NCBI RefSeq assembly: GCF_000012345.1
Contig: NC_007205.1
Coordinates: 570,001-602,000 of the forward strand
Direction of reading: 5' to 3'
Length of the DNA: 32,000 bases
DNA from: Candidatus Pelagibacter ubique HTCC1062
GTDB lineage: Bacteria > Pseudomonadota > Alphaproteobacteria > Pelagibacterales > Pelagibacteraceae
Part shown: piece by piece, positions 28,475 through 32,000 of the stretch
Layout of the letters: every line of letters starts with the position of its first letter
Position numbering within the stretch: the first letter of the stretch is position 1
Notes under the pieces: generated by a model
The model's database searches: none
Seen by the model: only the letters and a program-made list of their open reading frames with translations
Told to the model about the DNA's origin: nothing
Position numbers and translations under genes: made by a program

Positions 28475-29557
28475 TTAGCTACACTGAGCTTTGTTCATTA
28501 AGTAATGGTCTAACAAAACACAATTCATCATTGCTTCCCCTACAGGAACTGCACGAATACCAACACAAGGATCATGCCGACCTTTAACTGAAATAGTAGT
28601 ATTTTTTCCAAACTTATTTATAGTTTTTCTAGTTGTTAAAATCGATGATGTTGGCTTAACAGCAAATGAAACAACAATTTCTTGTCCTGTTGAAATACCA
28701 CCAAGAATTCCACCTGCATTATTAGAATCAAATTTTAATTTTTTACCTTTTTGTGAAATTTCATCTGAGTTTTGTTCTCCACTTAATTGTGCAGAATTCA
28801 TTCCAGATCCAATATTAACACCTTTAACAGCATTAATACTCATCATTGCAGAGGCAATATCCATATCTAATTTAGAATAAATTGGAGCACCTAAACCAAC
28901 AGGAATTCCTCTGGCTCTTACTTCAATAACTGCTCCACAAGATGATCCAGACTTTCTTATATCTAACAAATATTTTTCCCAAAGTTTCAGCATATTCTTA
29001 TCAGGACAAAAAAAGGGATTTTTGTTAATTGTTAGGTCGTTCCATTTTCTAGTATCACATCCCAATATTCCTAATTGAGTAACAGCCCCTACAACTTTAA
29101 ATTTTTTACCTAATTTATTCTCTAAAACTTTTTTAGCAATTGCACCCGCAGCAACTCTTGCAGCTGTTTCTCTTGCAGAGGATCTTCCACCGCCACGGTA
29201 ATCTCTTATTCCATATTTCTTAAAGTACGTAAAATCAGCGTGTCCAGGTCTGAATTTATCTTTGATATCTCCATAATCTTTTGACCTCATATCTTGATTG
29301 TAAATAATTAAAGAAATAGGTGTTCCAGTCGTTTTGCCCTCAAATACACCTGATAAAATTTGTACTTTATCATCTTCTTTTCTCTGTGTTGTAAATTTTG
29401 ATTGTCCTGGTTTTCTTTTATCTAGCTCAACTTGAATATCTTGCTCTTTTAAGTTTATATTTGGTGGACAACCATCAACGACACAACCTAATGCTGGGCC
29501 ATGAGATTCTCCCCATGTTGTGAAACGAAATTGCTTTCCAAAAGTATTAAATGACAT
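28475..29557 (-). CDS. aroC: Chorismate synthase
   Basis: 360-aa ORF starting [15 protein letters not shown], with [19 protein letters not shown] and KGRHDPCVG. Confidence 0.96.
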   Translation of the reverse strand: MSFNTFGKQFRFTTWGESHGPALGCVVDGCPPNINLKEQDIQVELDKRKPGQSKFTTQRKEDDKVQILSGVFEGKTTGTPISLIIYNQDMRSKDYGDIKDKFRPGHADFTYFKKYGIRDYRGGGRSSARETAARVAAGAIAKKVLENKLGKKFKVVGAVTQLGILGCDTRKWNDLTINKNPFFCPDKNMLKLWEKYLLDIRKSGSSCGAVIEVRARGIPVGLGAPIYSKLDMDIASAMMSINAVKGVNIGSGMNSAQLSGEQNSDEISQKGKKLKFDSNNAGGILGGISTGQEIVVSFAVKPTSSILTTRKTINKFGKNTTISVKGRHDPCVGIRAVPVGEAMMNCVLLDHYLMNKAQCS

Positions 29558-29590
29558 TATCTATAGTATATAGATTATTTTGTTAAAATT

Positions 29591-30217
29591 ATGAATCAAA
29601 AAAACTCATTAGGCCTTAATAAATGCTTTTTAGATAAAATTGATCCAATAGATTTATTTGAAGTTTGGATGAATGAAGCAAAAAAAACAGAGTTAAATGA
29701 TCCAAATGCACTAGCTTTAGCCACATCAGATCAAAATAATTTTCCATCAATTAGAATGGTCTTATTAAAAGATTTTAACAAAGATGGATTTGTTTTTTAT
29801 ACCAATCTAAATAGTCAGAAGGGAAATGAATTAAAAAATAACCCAAAAGCATCCATGTGTTTTCATTGGAAAAGCCTTCTAAGACAAGTAAGAATTAATG
29901 GAATGGTGCAAAAAGTTTCTAATAAAGTGGCAGATGAATATTATAGCAGTAGAGGTTATGAGAGTAGAATTGGTGCATGGGCCTCAAAACAAAGCACTGT
30001 AATAAATAATAGAGATGAACTTTTAAACTCAATAGAAGAATATAAAAAAAAATATAGTAATAAAAATGATGTACCAAGACCAGAGCATTGGTCAGGTTGG
30101 AATTTGATACCCACAAGTATAGAATTTTGGTTAGATGGAGAGAGCAGAATTCATGAAAGACTTAAATATACTAAAGATACCGAGGGAAACTGGGTTAAAT
30201 CTTTATTAAGCCCCTAA
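29591..30217 (+). CDS. pdxH: Pyridoxamine 5'-phosphate oxidase
   Basis: 208-aa ORF with IRMVLLK, FYTNLNSQKG, SRIGAWASKQS, PEHWSGW, IEFW and the RIHERL tail. Confidence 0.93.
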   Translation: MNQKNSLGLNKCFLDKIDPIDLFEVWMNEAKKTELNDPNALALATSDQNNFPSIRMVLLKDFNKDGFVFYTNLNSQKGNELKNNPKASMCFHWKSLLRQVRINGMVQKVSNKVADEYYSSRGYESRIGAWASKQSTVINNRDELLNSIEEYKKKYSNKNDVPRPEHWSGWNLIPTSIEFWLDGESRIHERLKYTKDTEGNWVKSLLSP

Positions 30218-31227
30218 AAGGTTCTTTGCAGACTAAATGATGTAAGACTCTCTAAAATCTTTTTTTCATCACTATCCTTAAATACAGTTAAAGAATTTGA
30301 TGCAAGGTTAATAAAATGTTCAGCTTTTTTGTAGCATTCATTTATTATGTTGTATTTCTTAATAAGCTCTAAGGTTAAATTTAAATCTTCATTTGATCTT
30401 GTTTCTTGTTTAAAAATATTTTTTAACTTATCTTTTTCTATTGATGATACATTCTGAAATAATAAAATAACAGGTAAAGTAATTTTACCCTCAAGAAAAT
30501 CTTTACCAATTTTTTTACCAAAAAATTTTAGATCAGAATTGTAATCTAATGTGTCATCAGCAATTTGAAATGTTAAGCCTAAGTTTTTTCCATAAAACTC
30601 TAGTGCCTCTTTTTCTTTTGTTTCTTTATTAGATAAAATTGCACCAACCTTAGTTGCTGCAGAAAAAAGTTCAGCTGTTTTTGCTGTAATAATCTTAAAA
30701 TATGTTTCCTCCAACATGTCTACTTCACCTTTGTGTTGTAGTTGTAATACCTCTCCTTGAGCGATCTTTGACGAAGTTGAGGATAAAAGTTTTAAAACTT
30801 CTATATTACCATCATCGACCATCATTTCAAAACATCTACTTAAAAGATAGTCACCAATTAATACAGAAGAGTGATTTCCCCAAATTGAATTTAATGTTTT
30901 TTTACCTCTTCTAATATTTCCAAGATCAATGACATCATCATGCATTAAAGTGGCCCCATGTATCATTTCTACACATGCTGCTAAATTAATATCTCGACCT
31001 CCTTTAGTGTAGCCACATAACTTAGCTGACCCAAGTGTTAGTAGGGCTCTTAATCTTTTTCCACCAGTGTCGATATGATATTCAGTCATTTTTTGAACGA
31101 GGTCTACATCACTCAAGAGTTTTGATTTAATCTTTTCTTCAACTAAAACTAATTTTTCATCAACAGAATCTTTTAGCTGATAATATGAATTATTTATTTG
31201 GTTTCTAAGTTGAACTACAGTTCCCAT
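30214..31227 (-). CDS. ispB: Long-chain polyprenyl (octaprenyl-type) diphosphate synthase
   Basis: 337-aa ORF with GGKRLRA, LMHDDVIDLGNIRRGK and FQIADDTLDY. The length and N-terminus match the IspB type rather than the IspA type. Confidence 0.88.
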   Translation of the reverse strand: MGTVVQLRNQINNSYYQLKDSVDEKLVLVEEKIKSKLLSDVDLVQKMTEYHIDTGGKRLRALLTLGSAKLCGYTKGGRDINLAACVEMIHGATLMHDDVIDLGNIRRGKKTLNSIWGNHSSVLIGDYLLSRCFEMMVDDGNIEVLKLLSSTSSKIAQGEVLQLQHKGEVDMLEETYFKIITAKTAELFSAATKVGAILSNKETKEKEALEFYGKNLGLTFQIADDTLDYNSDLKFFGKKIGKDFLEGKITLPVILLFQNVSSIEKDKLKNIFKQETRSNEDLNLTLELIKKYNIINECYKKAEHFINLASNSLTVFKDSDEKKILESLTSFSLQRTF

Positions 31228-31271
31228 AAAAAATAAGTTAGTATAATTAAGTTATATTTATTACTTATCAA

Positions 31272-31299
31272 TTGACGCACCTTAATCTTCAACTATAAG
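31272..31299 (+). promoter_or_regulatory. Candidate sigma-70 promoter for sppA
   Basis: TTGACG (31272-31277), a 16-nt spacer, then TATAAG (31294-31299). The predicted leader of about 34 nt contains an AAGGA SD (31329-31333) before the ATG at 31340. It lies in the longest spacer of the window (112 nt). Confidence 0.4.
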
Positions 31300-31339
31300 T
31301 AGGCTTTATATTAAATCAAAAATTCTATAAGGATTAACA

Positions 31340-32000
31340 ATGTTCTCTTTTTTTAAAAAGAAAAAAATAATAGCTCATATCAAGCTAAATGGTGTAATTG
31401 GCAATGCTGGAAAGTTTAAACAGGGCATAGATTTTGCAGGACAAGAAGAGATTATAGAAAAGGCTTTTTCACTAAAAAAAGCAAAAGCAGTGGCAATTAC
31501 TATAAATTCACCGGGTGGATCGCCAGTCCAATCACATTTAATCTACAAATTTATTAGAGCTCAAGCTAAGAAAAACAAAATAAAAGTAATAGTGTTCGCG
31601 GAAGATGTTGCAGCTTCTGGTGGATACTTAATAGCTTGTGCAGGAGATGAGATATATGCAAATTCAAGTTCAATTATTGGATCAATAGGGGTTATTTATT
31701 CATCATTTGGATTTACAGAACTAATTAAAAAAATTGGTGTAGAAAGAAGAGTTCATACAGCTGGAAAAAATAAAAGCTCATTAGATCCCTTTCAAGAAGA
31801 GAAGTCAGAAGATATTGAGAGACTTAAGAATATCCAACTAGATCTGCATAAAGATTTTATTAAAGTTGTAGAAGAAAGCAGAGGATCTAAACTTAAAAAG
31901 GATGGGATTGAATTGTTCTCAGGAGAGTTTTGGGCGGGTAGTAAATCAAAAGAGCTAGGCCTAATTGATGGACTTGGTAATGCTAATGAAATTTTAAAAG
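31340..32000 (+). CDS. sppA: Signal peptide peptidase SppA, 36K type (S49 family), C-terminus beyond the window
   Basis: Absent from the ORF track because it runs off the window. Manual translation from ATG 31340 gives MFSFFKKKKIIAHIKLNGVIGNAGKFKQGIDFAGQEEIIEKAFSLKKAKAVAITINSPGGSPVQSHLIYKFIR...AASGGYLIACAGDEIYA. INSPGGS and ASGGY are S49 peptidase motifs. Confidence 0.8.
   Translation, partial: MFSFFKKKKIIAHIKLNGVIGNAGKFKQGIDFAGQEEIIEKAFSLKKAKAVAITINSPGGSPVQSHLIYKFIRAQAKKNKIKVIVFAEDVAASGGYLIACAGDEIYANSSSIIGSIGVIYSSFGFTELIKKIGVERRVHTAGKNKSSLDPFQEEKSEDIERLKNIQLDLHKDFIKVVEESRGSKLKKDGIELFSGEFWAGSKSKELGLIDGLGNANEILK

Noticed and set aside
2328-30914. Nineteen ORFs of 61-105 aa in the track run antisense to, or out of frame with, strongly identified genes. 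Examples are 2328-2594, 4626-4901, 4820-5107, 5123-5359, 5558-5767, 8044-8253, 11359-11619, 12021-12290, 15402-15719, 17082-17291, 19324-19536, 19895-20173, 20892-21083, 21974-22225, 25902-26216, 26786-26989, 27509-27694, 29919-30116 and 30702-30914.
   Set aside because: All lie wholly inside well-supported genes. Their F/S/L/I-rich composition is what the complement of K/E/N-rich codons produces. I recognise no motifs in them and they have no independent start context.
1-32000. Search for CRISPR arrays, IS elements or transposases, integrases, prophage remnants, toxin-antitoxin pairs, and att-like direct repeats next to the tRNA.
   Set aside because: I found none. Every ORF of meaningful size has a confident housekeeping identity. 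The tRNA-Arg is flanked directly by core genes with spacers of 16 and 23 nt, which leaves no room for an integrated element.

Overview
This is an AT-rich (roughly 30% GC by eye, not computed), very tightly packed bacterial chromosome segment made of housekeeping genes.

**Gene content**
- Minus strand, 1-6720: suhB-like (truncated), efp, thiE, fba (class I), pgk, gap, tkt.
- Plus strand, 6744-22463: a ZauP-like coiled-coil gene, zapA, 5-formyl-THF cyclo-ligase, ymdB-like, yebC, a ruvC-like gene, tolQ-tolR-tolA-tolB-pal, cpoB, tilS, ftsH, folP, glmM, thiD, purA.
- Remainder: rpoH, rluD, tRNA-Arg(UCG), tsaC/sua5, xseB-ispA-dxs, aroC, pdxH, ispB, and sppA (truncated).

**Likely source.** Gene order is typical of alphaproteobacteria. 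Near-zero spacers, low GC and frequent overlapping stop/start codons suggest a streamlined marine lineage such as SAR11/Pelagibacterales. This is inference; no database search was possible.

**Counts.** I support 35 protein-coding genes (2 cut by the window ends), 1 tRNA, 1 convincing intrinsic terminator and a few weak promoter or Shine-Dalgarno (SD) candidates.

**Novelty.** I see no mobile elements, CRISPR arrays, defence or toxin-like genes, or clusters of unknown genes. I therefore do not find a previously undescribed system in this window. The findings are modest peculiarities of a core region:
- an atypical RuvC-like resolvase with ruvAB and ybgC missing from the expected position
- a 92-codon N-terminal extension on folP
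- a zapA/5-FCL junction with no room for the 6S RNA gene found there in E. coli
- an opposite-strand tRNA wedged between two genes
- convergent genes with overlapping stop codons
- a single terminator inside a 15.7-kb co-directional block
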